Positions 26,575-38,580 of a DNA stretch of 64,000 nucleotides are shown in pieces. The position numbers and the translations under genes were made by a program. Each line of letters opens with the position of its first letter. The stretch's first letter is position 1. The notes beneath the pieces are model-generated. The model ran no database searches, was not told where the DNA came from, and saw only the letters and a program-made list of their open reading frames with translations. Location of the stretch: contig JANJGN010000002.1 in the NCBI GenBank assembly GCA_026770705.1, positions 48,794,001 through 48,858,000 of the forward strand. Direction: 5' to 3'. The DNA is from Isurus oxyrinchus. Lineage: Eukaryota.

Positions 26575-27062
26575 GCAGGAGGAGGTGCAGAATAGTTCAC
26601 TAGGTTGATTCCTGGGATGAAGGAATTGTTTTATGAATAAGAATTGAGCGAGTTGGGCCAATACTCTTTGGAGTTTAGAAGAATGAAAGGTGGTTTTATT
26701 GAAACATATAAGATTCTGAAGTGACTTCACAGAGTAGATGCTGATAGGATCCCCTTGTGGGGGGATCTAAAAGGGGGGGGGCATTATTTCAAGACAAGGT
26801 GTCACCCATTTAAGACAGGGATGACAGGGAATTTCTTCTCTGAGGGTCATGATTCTCTAAGCTAGAGAGCTGTGGAAGCTGGGTCATTGAAGATATTCAA
26901 GGCTGAGTTAGATTCTTGAACCGTAGGGGAGCCAGAGGTTATGGGAGACAGGCAGGAAAGTGGAGTTGAAGCCAAAATCCAATCAACCATAATCTTATTG
27001 AATGGTGGAGAAGGCTTGAGGGCCATATGGCCCACTCCTGCTCCTATTCCTTATGTGCTTAT
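26575..27062 (+). mobile_element. CR1 LINE 3' fragment
   Basis: ggagtttagaagaatgaaaggt...attgaaacatataagattctg, gaatttcttctctgagggt, tail cctgctcctattccttatgt; homologous to 8743-9371. Confidence 0.9.
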
Positions 27063-27941
27063 TATAAGCTGTATAATCGTTATCAGGTTTCTTTCCCTTA
27101 TAATATGTACACGCTTAAAAATTGATATGATTTGACTCTTTACCCTTGAAATTAGCCACTGTTATTCTGATGTGATAAAATAATAGGGGAACCAGCTGGT
27201 GAAGGTTAAGCGAACTTCCACAATATCAGGCTTGCTGTATGTACTATGAACCAGCATCAAGGGCAATGCATATTTAGTCCCATGGGATTGCAAGTTGTGT
27301 TCTAAGGGCACCTTTGATAGCATCCAAAATGATGAATGTGGGGTTCATTTACTACCCTTCCCTCATTCTACCCCAGGTGTAGCTGAGACCTGTGTAATAC
27401 TAAGGGCATAGTCACAGCAGGATCAAAAGGTAAAAACAGAGAACAAGAAAGCAACTTGTTATCAGGATAATCATAGGATGGCATGATTTACTGTTATTTG
27501 ATCTAAGCCTGATGTATGGAAAAAACAGTTTCTGCTAGATGTTGCAAAATGTTTCCAGCAAATACTAATAAATTACAAGCTGTGCAAAGCACTGTGTCAG
27601 GTCTGTGGCAGCACACATGTTGGAAACGTATGATACTTGTACTGGACTTTGTTGTGTGATATTTTGGTCCATCAACATACTAGCTGAAATTCCTGCCTTG
27701 GTGAAATGCACATGTAACTTGAAGATCTTATATGTAAGATTTTAGACCACCTTTCCTTTTTAATGGGTTCCCCTTATGGACAATGTGATAACAGGGCAGG
27801 ATGAATGGGCTGCCCTTGGGTTTAAAAATCACCTCACTTTTTTCTGAATAGAAGGACGTGCAAGTACTTGATTATATTGCAGAGAATAATCCTGTTTGTT
27901 CACTCAGTAAATAAATGGCTTTGCTGTTTTAAGATCTTATA

Positions 27942-27946
<5 letters not shown>

Positions 27947-27977
<31 letters not shown>
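27947..27977. repeat. (TA)n microsatellite
   Basis: Direct reading. Confidence 0.95.
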
Positions 27978-27978
<1 letters not shown>

Positions 27979-28155
27979 CTAATTTATTTTCCTTCAGTTC
28001 ACCTATTTTTAATCAATTAATCTATCTTTCATTAAGCCAGCCGGTAGCCATTTGATCCAGCTCTCCAAATACTCTTATGTTTAACAGAAGCATTGTATTA
28101 TGATAAAATGAGCATCACATTTATTTTAAACCTTCAGTTTGAATTGTTACACTGT

Positions 28156-28450
28156 GGCCCCCATCTGCCTGCTCGGGTGGATGTAAAAGATCCCATGGCA
28201 CTTTTCTGAAGAAAAGTAGTGGAGTTATCCCCGGTGTCCTTACCTATGTTTATCCCTCAATCAACATCACAGAAACAGATTATCTGGTCGTTAACACGTT
28301 ACTATTTGTGGGAACTTGCTGTGCACATCTTGGCTGCCACGTTTCCTACATTATAACAGTGAATACACTTCAAAAGTACTTCATTGGCTGTAAAGCACTT
28401 TGAGATGTCCAGTGATCATGAAAAGCGCTATGTAAATGCAAGTCTTTTTT
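28156..28450 (+). mobile_element. SacSINE1/Deu-type SINE, 5'-truncated
   Basis: Colinear with 14853-15155 (ggtggatgtaaaagatcccatggcact...ttcattggctgtaaagcactttgagat...aaatgcaagtcttt). Confidence 0.88.
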
Positions 28451-29559
28451 GCTTTATTAGCAGGACAATTAACACAACTTTAGCGCAATATGAACAAGCT
28501 GCATTGACACAAATGTAATGCTACAGATTATCATGAAAGACATGAGATGTCTAAGTCCATTGAATATTTCAGATGGCATCATGTGCAAGCAAACCCCACA
28601 TACCATCTGACTCCAGTTTTTGTCTTTAACTCCTTTCCAGATTATATATATTTTTAATATATTTTAAGCAAGTAAAGTATTAAAGCCACAGAATAAACAA
28701 CAGCTGCTGCTGCTCTCTCAGTAAGTTGAAGCCACTGAAGCTTGGTGATCATGTTTGGTACACTATGGTCTTGCAATGCCAATAGTCCTACATATTAGAA
28801 ACTACTCAATGTGATCACCCTTGGGAACTAGCCAAGACAGAAGTGGCCATTTTATCGCAGGAGGAGAAATCTTGTTTTCTTGAAACCTTACAATTCTCAG
28901 CGAAAATTCTATAAATATTTTAGTTATCGTAGATACAGGTGGAAAAATATAAATTTACTTGTCAGGATACAATACAGAAATCAAACTTGAAACTTACTAA
29001 CTTATGCTTTCACAATTACTGACCTTAGTATGTGAATTTGTATAGAAAAATGATTGCACTATGTGGCTTTATCTGTACTTACAATCTCATATAACTGGAT
29101 GATTCAGGGAATGTTTTGACTCTTCTAATTTAAAAATATAAATATAACTTTTCACATTTAAATAATTGTTTTGTTGGCTTTATTTTCTGGCTGCACATGA
29201 AGATGAAAGCAAGTATATCATCACTTAAAAATCTCGTGCAGACACATTATGTATATTACAAATATATATTTCATATCTGTTGCTTTGGTAAGTGGAAATG
29301 AAAAATATTCTCTTAATTTGACTCCAGACACAAGTCTTTTCTTTAAAAAGAAACAGACCAGCAGTTACAGAAGGAAGAGAAGTCAACTGTTTTTGTCTTT
29401 ACACATTGTGGGCAATGGCAGCTTATTTAGAGAGCTGCGGTTGGTCTAGTAAATTAAAGTGGTTCAAGGAAAATAACTTGCATGTAATTTTATAAATACT
29501 TTCCTTTGAATCAAGCCTCTTTTCTCATATTTGTAAACACCACTTTTGATGTCTTCCAT

Positions 29560-30060
29560 TTTTGCAATCCCTTTTGCCTCAGCTATTCGAACTGTTCCAG
29601 CCCTATGCCAATTCTCACGTGGCGTAATAGTTTCTGTTTTGCCGGTGTCTTGTCAAGTTTGATTCAACAACACAAGGGCTTTAAATTAGCTGAGACGTTA
29701 CCATGCTGGGCTTCCTGTGCTGCCACAGATAGTTGTAGATCTGCTGAACCACTTGACGCACAAATTGATGATTACACTGAAAGGATAAGAAATTGCTAGC
29801 GGCAGACACCTTTATTCATTCAGGCTCGCCCATTTAAAAACAAGGAGAATTCCCTTCACTTTGTGCTGCCTTGCTGATAGTCCTATTGTGTTGGTGCCAG
29901 CTTCCTGCCGTGTGATTACAGCCTGGCTACATTGGGTAGTTCCTGCAAATTTTGAATCAAATGGCTTTACAAACGTGCTACAAATTTCAATAACTTGCAC
30001 CACTGTTTCCAGAAGACAGATCATTTATCAAGTCTAATATTGGTGAGTTTTTTAACCGGT
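29560..30060. promoter_or_regulatory. Candidate conserved non-coding element
   Basis: Repeat-free, locally CpG-retaining block with E-box cacgtg (29616), aattag, aattgatgatta and ctattgtg motifs; no credible ORF. Confidence 0.35.
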
Positions 30061-32559
30061 GGGATAAATGTCTGTTCCATTGGAAAATATGTAAAATTTC
30101 TCTTATGATAAGTAAGGGAAATTCATTGCAATCAAAGTTGGCCATCATAAAAAATACTTATTGACAATAATGCAAAGATCTATAATGCACCAGTAAATAA
30201 TTCATAAATATGCACCATATTAGTGGATTATATTATTGCATTTACACTTAAGCGGTAAAAGTTAAGGAAAGATAAAAATCGGTTGCATATAATATAGTTG
30301 ATTTATTTGGAACTTGGTTTCAAAAAGCCAACTGACCAATAATTTGTTCAAGCCTCCTTTGAAGAGAAACTTTCTTGTACAAAATAATAAAGACAAGTTA
30401 TTTAAATAATATCTTGCTTCCCTCTTTGCCATCATCCTTCAACCAGCCCTGCAAGGACACGTGTTTGTAGATAGGTCAGTTGCCTGGCCCACCTGTTTTT
30501 ATTACGAATTCTTTTCCCCATGAGATAGTAGGCCTCAATTTTTTTATATCTGAGCTACTGTCAGCTTTTTATATCTAACCCTCCATTCGTTCGCTACTGT
30601 GGATCACTAGCAAAGAACACACAACAACCAAGCAATTCCAATCTCAGTGCTCATTAGTAATTTAACTAATATGCTTTAAAGGAAGATACAGGTCAACTGG
30701 AATCCAGCCTACAGCAGAGCTGAGCATAGCACCTTGACAAACTCATTATAAATACTGACTGGTCTTCAATCTTAGGACATAAAACCCTGTCCCCTCAAAA
30801 TGGTGACAATCAAACCATTTTGCCAATGGAAGCAGATTGATATGGTTTTTTTGTTTGATATTCAATTTTGGAATGTGAGGAACTTTTATATTAGGCATTT
30901 TATCCCTGATTTTTTAAAATCATAATTGAGTTAATCCCTGTGGAAATCATTTATTTACTCTCTCTAGGGGGTGGGATGGAATTGGCTCTAAGTCATTTCA
31001 GAGCTGTTGACAAAACAATACTGTTTAACCAAAGAGAAATGTTCTTGCATCGTGGTAAGCGGATTTAGGTGTTTCTTTTTCTCCCCTCTATGCTGAAGTA
31101 GATGGAGCATGACTCCTAGGTGCCACCCAACTTATTAAAACCATGTGATATAGTAACTGCACTGTTAGTCCCCTGTGATTGCTATTTTGTAAGCCTTTGA
31201 ATTGGTTGCTGAACCATTTGTCATTATTTTGTATATCTCCAAAACCTTCAACAGCATTAGCGCAATGCACTTCTAAAGGAGTGCCATCATAAGGGGTCCC
31301 ATGAAAGTCACCTAATATCCTTCAAATCATTCCATCTGTGGTGTAGTTGATGATTTCACCTCTGTTTTTCTGTTAAGTCCTATATCCACCAGGATTCTGT
31401 CATTTTTATTTTATTGGCAGCACTACAGTCAGTGGTTCTCTGAATTTTCTTGCTCCTTCCAAGCTACACGTCCACCGTCATATGCTTCCTGTTACATAGA
31501 TTCCCCAATATATCAAAATCAATATCTAATATATAGCAGTGTCACCTATTCTTGCTTATTCTTTCACAGGGCCACACATGTGTGGCACTCAGTAGCTCCT
31601 TTGCTCTTTTCTTTGCTCCTACAGTTTCAGGCTTTTATAATCAAGGTTGGTCTCACCTGATTGTTCATTCCTGATTTATCTTATTATTTACAGCACTGGT
31701 GGCATCCAGCACAATGAGTCCTGATCCTTCACCCTGGTTTCTCAATTTAAAGACAACATAGACTAACCATTTGTTAGTTCCAAAACATCCAGTAATTTTT
31801 AAAAAAAATGTATATTTCATAATTGAAATAATTTATTTTATAATACAGACTAAGGGAAGAAAAATCACCAAATAAATTAGAGATTGCAACTCAGTAACAG
31901 GAGCTCTGAACAAAGTGTGGTAGGTTTATTTCCCTGCTCATTGATTAGTCATTAATTTTTCTCAGGATAACCAAACAAGGTACAAGTATTCCTATCCCTA
32001 ATCTGCCTGTATCCCACTGTTAGTAATCTCGTAAATTTTAAAATGGCTCTTTTTGTTAAGTCTCAAATTTCATATGTCATTGTATTTTTCTGCCTCTGAG
32101 TATTCATTTCTGGTAAGAAAGTATCTTTGGGGAATATTTAAAAGGAGAGTTGTAGCAACAAGTTAATTTTGCATTTTAAAAGAAAATAATTTTGCTTGTG
32201 TTTGTCTTACTACAGACGCATGCATATCTATCCTACAACTGAGATCTAAATGTATTTTCTCCATACACTTCAAGGGAATATGCCGAGAAGGTAGAGACTA
32301 GTGGAAGTAGGGATGTTGCAAAAAATTGATGTACAAGGAGAAGGTAAAAATGTGAGACCTGCACCAAGAAATTCTTGAAAAAATTGACAGAAAATAGACA
32401 CTGGCAGAACTGTTTGACAACTCATTGATAACTGAGAAAATGTATAAGAATAGAAAAGTTGCTAACAAAATACTATAAAAATTGTGGCAGAGCTGTTACT
32501 CAAGAAATTACACGCTCATTTGTGTACTTTGACATGTTTAATACATTGAAGTATATGTT

Positions 32560-32972
32560 TGAGGACTCTGGGTCTATACTCGATGGAGTTTAGAAGGATG
32601 AGAGGGGATCTGATTGAAACTTACAGAATACTGAAAGGTCTGGATAGAGTGGACATGGGGAAGATCTTTCCATTAGTAGGAGAGACTAGGACCCGAGGGC
32701 ACAGCCTCAGAGTAAAGGGAAGACCTTTTAGAACAGAGACGAGGAGAAACTTCTTTAGCCAGAGAGTGGTGAATCTATGGAATTCATTGCCACAGAAGAC
32801 CAAGTCATTGAGTGTATTTAAGACCAAGATAGATAGGTTCTTGATTGGTAAGGGGATCAAAGGTTATGGGGAGAAGACAGAAGAATGGGGTTGAGAAACT
32901 TATCAGCCATGATTGAATGGCGGAGCAGACTCGATGGGCCAAATGGCCTAATTTCTGCTCCGATGTCTTATG
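32560..32972 (+). mobile_element. CR1 LINE 3' fragment (young)
   Basis: Open frame LGLYSMEFRRMRGDLIETYRILKGLDRVD...RRNFFSQRVVNLWNSLPQK; CR1 3'UTR cagccatgattgaatggcggagcagactcgatgggcc. Confidence 0.95.
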
Positions 32973-33574
32973 GAAGTGATTAAATATTATGAAGAATTAA
33001 ATTTGGAGTTATTTGCTACATAAATTCACTGGATTTTATTGAGGTAATAAAAAGTCATGTTGCCTTTCGAAAGGCATTGTGTAGAGCATCTTACTGTAGC
33101 TTGATAGTAGGTGGAATCTAGTGAAGCTTCCCAAACTGGGAAACAAGGTGGGTGGGGGAGCTTAAAAGTCAATGGAAACAAAATATCAGTTTCCTGAAGG
33201 CGGGATGAAAGTAGTGAAGAAAGTTGTTGGTAGAAAAAGGCGGATTGTGAGTCCTGACTGCAAGTGGCGGGAACCTATATTGCATTAGCGTGTCATGTGT
33301 ACTCATTTAAACGCACGGCCCCCTATGTCATGGTGAAAATAGCAGGACTACTCAAAAATCGCAAGTCCCACCCTTGAACAATGCGCTTCCCATTTTCACG
33401 GGTGGGAAAGTGAGGGCATTACACGCATGCCTGATTTACAGAGCTGGTCTTTTAAATCAACTGCCTCCTCTGAAGAGGGATTTTGGTAGCCTTAGGGTGT
33501 GAATCCCAAAATATGTAGATTAGACCTTGTAAAAGCAGGTCTGAACTTTGTGGGTTTGTTTGGGCAGCCAGGAT

Positions 33575-33690
33575 ACTCCTTTGGAGAGGTAAGATACCTC
33601 TTTGAATCTGGTACTGGGACACCTTTGGGGGAGGTAAGGTACCCTTTGGTGGAGGTCAGGTGCCCTTTGGTGGAGGTCAGGTGCCCCTTG
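33575..33690. repeat. 21 bp minisatellite (ccctttggtggaggtcaggtg)
   Basis: Three near-perfect units at 33621-33690 plus a diverged upstream unit. Confidence 0.8.
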
Positions 33691-34372
33691 GCAGCAGTAA
33701 AGTTCGCTTTGGAATTGTTATAAGTCAGCATGGATGTGTATAAAAAATGCATCAACCCATTACTGTCAAGCTCGCTGGAACTGTCAACAGACCTGTCAAA
33801 TCTCAACTGAGAAAACTGTCAGAACCATTTGTCAAGAGGACCTGTCAAAAGTGTCAACAGGGCCTGCCAAAGGAAGTTGTCAAGGAATTTAAAAGTCCTG
33901 CCCTTTAAATCTTTGAAAAAAAACTAGAGCATTAAAAAAGGATTGCTTGCTATTTTACTCTGTCTGTTGACATAAGCCCATTACTGGATTAGTGCTGCAT
34001 GACTGATTTCACAACCACCCATTATCACAGCAGGGTGCTTGCTATTTTCAGTTTGATTGACTGCTACAAGTGGTTATGGACTCTTTGATGTGGGACTGTG
34101 AATTCCAATCTTTGTTCTTATAAGGGATTGTGCGCTTGAATAAAATGTCTGTTGTTATAAGACCTCATTTAGTTGAAGGAATGCAAATGGAGTAAATGAG
34201 TTTTTATGAACTAGTATTTTCTTCAGTATAGTGAAGTCTGCAATAGACTCTTAGAACTTTATTTTATCTATTGCCTGCATGGGTCCTGAGGCCTACCCAT
34301 AGTGACTATCGGGTGAGTTGGCATGGTAGTTGTAAGGGCACAGCGTGGGTAGGCTAACATGGGTTGACATGA

Positions 34373-34564
34373 TAAAAACAAAAAACTGCGGATGCTGGAA
34401 ATCCAAAACAAAAACAGAATTACCTGGACAAACTCAGCAGGTCTGGCAGCATCGGCGGAGAAGAAAAGAGTTGAAGGGTCATGAGGACTCGAAATATCAA
34501 CTCTTTTCTTCTCCGCCGATGCTGCCAGACCTGCTGAGTTTGTCCAGGTAATTCTGTTTTTGTT
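34373..34564 (+). mobile_element. Fold-back Penelope-derived short element (very young)
   Basis: Perfect 68 bp inverted repeat 34407-34474 / 34497-34564; perfect 14 bp TSD atgggttgacatga (34359-34372, 34565-34578). Confidence 0.92.
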
Positions 34565-36640
34565 ATGGGTTGACATGAGTTGGCACTAAGTTGACATATA
34601 GGCTATAAAGTGCCATGGGGGACTGTGTGGACTGGCATAGGGGCTGCAAAGGGCCATTTGTGGTGGGTGGAAGGGCATAGTTTGGCATGAAGGTTATGAG
34701 GGTCCATGGAGGGTGAGTGAGTGGGGAGCACACCTTGCCATGGGGGCATGAAGGACAATAGTTGTTCGGGGGACATACCTTGGCATCGGGGCAAGAGAGG
34801 CCATGGGGTGAATGGATGTGTGGGTGCATGAGGTGGCATGGGATGGCATGGATGGGACATAGGCAGTGTATGAAGAGCTGAAGGGAGTGAGGGGTTAGGG
34901 CTGGAGGGATATTTAATATATTCTATTTTTTTATTTTTGATCACAGTGCTGGAGCCTCGAGGCAGGCCTGCTGTTCAGCCTGCCTCCATATGTGCCTCCT
35001 CACTTCTTCAGGGCTGGTCTACCCTGATTTCTAATCCAGCCCGACCCCTTGGACTGAAAATCCAACGTCCAGGCAACCATTTTTAAAGGTTTGCAGAGTC
35101 GGGAATTCTCCCGTCTCTGCGCACCCAACCCCAGAGTGAAAATCTGAGCCATGCTGTCCAGATTAAATTGTACCTTTGTGATTAAGTCAGCAGCAAATGA
35201 GAAGCACATACCTTCAGATTCATAATTGGTTAAAGGTGGCATGCAGCGGGCGGGGTAGTCTTCTGGGGTGCATTTGGAGTGAGTAGGAGCTTTTCTTGTA
35301 TGGGGGAGATTAGTTAGACCATGGGAGAGGAGGCTGAGCTGTTGCATTGACCTCGGGTGGCAGGTGTCCAGGGAGGTCGGGGCATGGCTTTTTGAGGGAG
35401 GGAGGATGGCAGCAGCTACAGGGATCCAAGACTGACAGATGGACAGGAAGTGGCAGCAGCTCCCATTCAAAATCCTCCTCTCAGACAGAGAGAATGCTGC
35501 TCCTGGCTTACAGGGAATGGATACCTGTCCGAGTACCCTTTAAATATGGCTCCCAGACCTTTGACCCATGTAGTAACAGCAGAATCAGCGAGTTTCTGCC
35601 TGCCCCTGCTGCATTTTTGGCCAGGCTGCTTGACTGTGCATAGTTAATGACTGTGTGATTGTATATGGGCAACTGTTCCTGCCTCTGTGCAGAAGATCTG
35701 CTCATTTCCAGTCTGCTGTCAGGCCATTCGCCACTGCCACAAGATTCCACTATAAGTGTGAGAACCTGAGAAATTAGAGGCAGCAAAACAAACTAACCCA
35801 ACAACTAGGATAAGTTCCTACTATTTGAACTGAGGGTAGATGGTCGATGGACTTCCCACCGTTCAGTTCTTGAACAGATGATTTTCACAATTTCATTGTA
35901 AATGGAGTTTACAAGTATAAATTACTAAATGTGTTTTTGAGGGGAAAAAAGGCAGCAAATTGGAGGAAAAATAATTCTGCTTTAACGTAGTGATAAAAGG
36001 TAATTTTTTTTTTAAATTGGTTGGCATTTTAATACAAGCAGATTTGTTTTGAAAATTACTTATTGGACAAGATTAAAGAAAATCCCTCATCTCAGATTGA
36101 TTTTTGGAAGTTTTCAAAAAGGAACTGAATAGCTTTTTTTTAGTTGGGGGATAAAATGTTACATTTTGGGAAAGGTAATGAGAGTTTAGTGCATAAAGAA
36201 ATTGGAGGACAAGAATGGGTTGCTACACAGGTTGACTCAAAAAACAGAATTTGAAACTGAATGACTGTTTCTCATTTCGAAGATTGATGTGCTAAGGCTA
36301 TACAGCATCCCAACATTCACGGATCCCTTGTAAGCACAGCATATCAAATTCTCCCTTGAACACAGATTAGACTGCATTTGCTGCACAGGTATACCTCTCC
36401 TCCTGATCACACAGCATACCCCACTCATTCACATGTTCCTCTTCACCACAACCAGAATTCTGCATTTTATATTACTTCTGGACACAGTGCATCTCTCCTA
36501 TGTTACATGAACTCCTGTCCACTGGAGAAGTAAGTGAACAGCTTTATATTAATGATTTTCAGATTGAACTAGTAGACTATTCCCATATGCCAAGGGAATC
36601 CTAATTGACCATAAATATTGCAATGTTTCACTAAACATTA

Positions 36641-36849
36641 CCTGCCCTGATTGTGTCTATCTCTGTAACCTCCTCCAGCCCCACAAACACCTGAAATCTC
36701 TGTTCTCCTTTAACTCTAGCCTCTTGTGCATCTTCAATTTTCATTGCTCCACCTTTGGGAGCCATGTCTTCAGCTGCTTGCAACCTAAACCCTGGAATCC
36801 GCTCTCCAAACCTCATCTCATTCTCTTCCTTTAAGTCACTCCGTAAAAC
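36641..36849 (+). mobile_element. L2 LINE 3' fragment, left half (split by Gypsy insertion)
   Basis: tatctctgtaacctcctccagccc...gccatgtcttcagctgc...cctttaagtcactccgtaaaac; colinear with 45800-46010 and 55815-56000. Confidence 0.85.
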
Positions 36850-36993
36850 TGTTCTGCACTGCCGCCATGCTCTGCACTGCCAGCGTGCTCTGCACTGCCG
36901 CCATGCTCTGCACTGCTGCCATGCTCTGCGCTGCCACCAGGCTCTGCACTGCCACCAAGCTCTGCACTGCCGCCATGCTCTGCACTGCCAGCA
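36850..36993 (-). repeat. 8 x 18 bp array of PBS-like units (TGGYGGCAGYG-CAGAGCA on minus strand)
   Basis: Exactly eight 18-mers with consensus tgctctgcactgccgcca; unit 6 contains cactgccacca, identical to the element's PBS at 40005-40015. Confidence 0.95.
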
Positions 36994-37267
36994 TGGTTTG
37001 GCTTGATTCCCTTTAATTGTTTAGTCTTCTGGCTCGATGAGGTTTCACTTATTCTAGGAGTGACTTGGAGATCGTTTTTCTCAAAACTATTTATTTAGAA
37101 CCATTTACATCCAAGACCTTATGGTAAATACATTGTTATCTGGACAGAGAGTTTTCTGTGTCTTGCTCCCTTGGAGTTTCTTCGTCATCTGACCCTGATA
37201 TTATGCTTACATTTCATTGCCTAACATCATTGCCTAATTAATATAACCATTAATCCTTTACTCTACA
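36994..37267 (-). repeat. 3' LTR of Gypsy element
   Basis: Direct repeat of 40016-40283; on the minus strand starts TGTAGAG right after polypurine tract GGGGGGAGA (37268-37276). Confidence 0.9.
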
Positions 37268-37599
37268 TCTCCCCCCAAGTATAATCTCAAAAAGTTATTA
37301 AAGTATTTACATTTAATTACCACCGTCTATTAACCTCATATACTGTTTACAGTTTTCATCCAACTTCTACCTCTGCCACTCCCCCTCCAAGTCACTTGTG
37401 CCAAAGACATCAATGCCCCATGGTGTTCCCGGCTCTCTTGGAGGAAGCATAGGACATATATGTTCCATTATCTTCTCCTTGGAAGGTAAATACATTGCTG
37501 GAGTGGGATGGAATTTCTCTCTACAGCTGGCTCCTGGGCTTTGACTCTTACAATGACCTGAAGGGAAAGGCAGTAAAACTAATCAAGGAAAAACTGATG

Positions 37600-38580
37600 G
37601 AAGAGAGCACCTTCCCAAACTCAAACAATCACAACCCCTTGAAAAGGAAGACAGTGAACTGAAAGTCTCTCTGTTATCTTCTTCTGCATTGCATACTGAA
37701 TCATGAATGAATCTGGCACACGAAAAGAAAAGCAGTGAACACCCTGAAGACAGAGCAGGATACAAGGAAAGGAAGACTTCCCTACTACTCTTATGGTAGG
37801 AATTTCACGTTCTGTAGGCAGTGCTACCATTTCCATGCCTGTTTCAGTGTAAGACTGCTCTGCTGAATCTCGAGGGTCAGCAGGAGAAAGTAGAACAGCG
37901 CCATCATAAACAATGGAATAAACTTCCAGACCAGGATCTATAGGAAGCTCCTGTCTAGTACTCTTCAGCTGTAAAAGTTCTGTAGTTTGGGCCTCTTCTT
38001 ATTTACTGAAAGAAAGTTTGCGTGCGTCTTTGGCTTGCTGATGTGATCCAAATGTCAACTCCAACTTACATTTGTGCAATTAATAAGCTCTGAACCTCAT
38101 TATCAGTTTGATCCACTTTGGAGTTAAGCATCTCATTCTCCCTGGAAAGCTTTTGGCTGGCTGCTTGCAATTGTTGATGCATGTCATCTGTGGGCTTGGT
38201 GGAATGAGTAGACAAATTCACCTCTTTATTACTTTCTTCAACAAAAGGATGATTCTCCTCAAAAGAGACAGCAAAGACTTCCCAATCATTGGCAGCAGAA
38301 TCCAAGAGTGTGGTAAGTTTTAGGATCGCATCTTCCAACAGATCATCTGTTTCTGCGGTGGCTTCATTCTCTTGAACTCTGCCCTGAAAGAGCTTACCAC
38401 GGTCTGGAAGCTCCTCTAGCAGATGGCCACCATCTTTACAGTGCATCCTGTTTATACCTCTTCTAGCCTGTCCTCAAAGAGATGTGAGAGATCTGCAATT
38501 TCCTCCTGTGGTCCAATGGATGGTGTTTCTTCAACAAAGACTGGCTCACTGGTTAGTGAGTTGACGTCAATTTTTGCTGC
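37600..38580 (-). pseudogene. Unrecognised acidic/coiled-coil ORF relic in place of pol RT-RNaseH-IN
   Basis: Long minus-strand frames with few stops, e.g. 38066-38446 (..ETDDLLEDAILKLTTLLDSAANDWEVFAVSFEE..QQLQAASQKLSRENEMLNSKVDQTDNEVQSLL); no YxDD, RNaseH or integrase motif seen. Confidence 0.5.

Larger units (their letters stand above)
33110..35150. mobile_element. Decayed PIF/Harbinger-type non-autonomous element(s) with internal minisatellites
   Basis: GC-rich ends (gagtgaaaatctgagcc at ~35150), internal 21 bp repeat, ctgtcaa repeats, GGCATG-rich low-complexity tract. Confidence 0.45.

Noticed and set aside
36850-36993. CRISPR-like array or a Cys/His-rich coding repeat (HCRHAL)n
   Set aside because: Contiguous units with no unique spacers in a eukaryotic context; the peptide is just the translation of an 18 bp minisatellite
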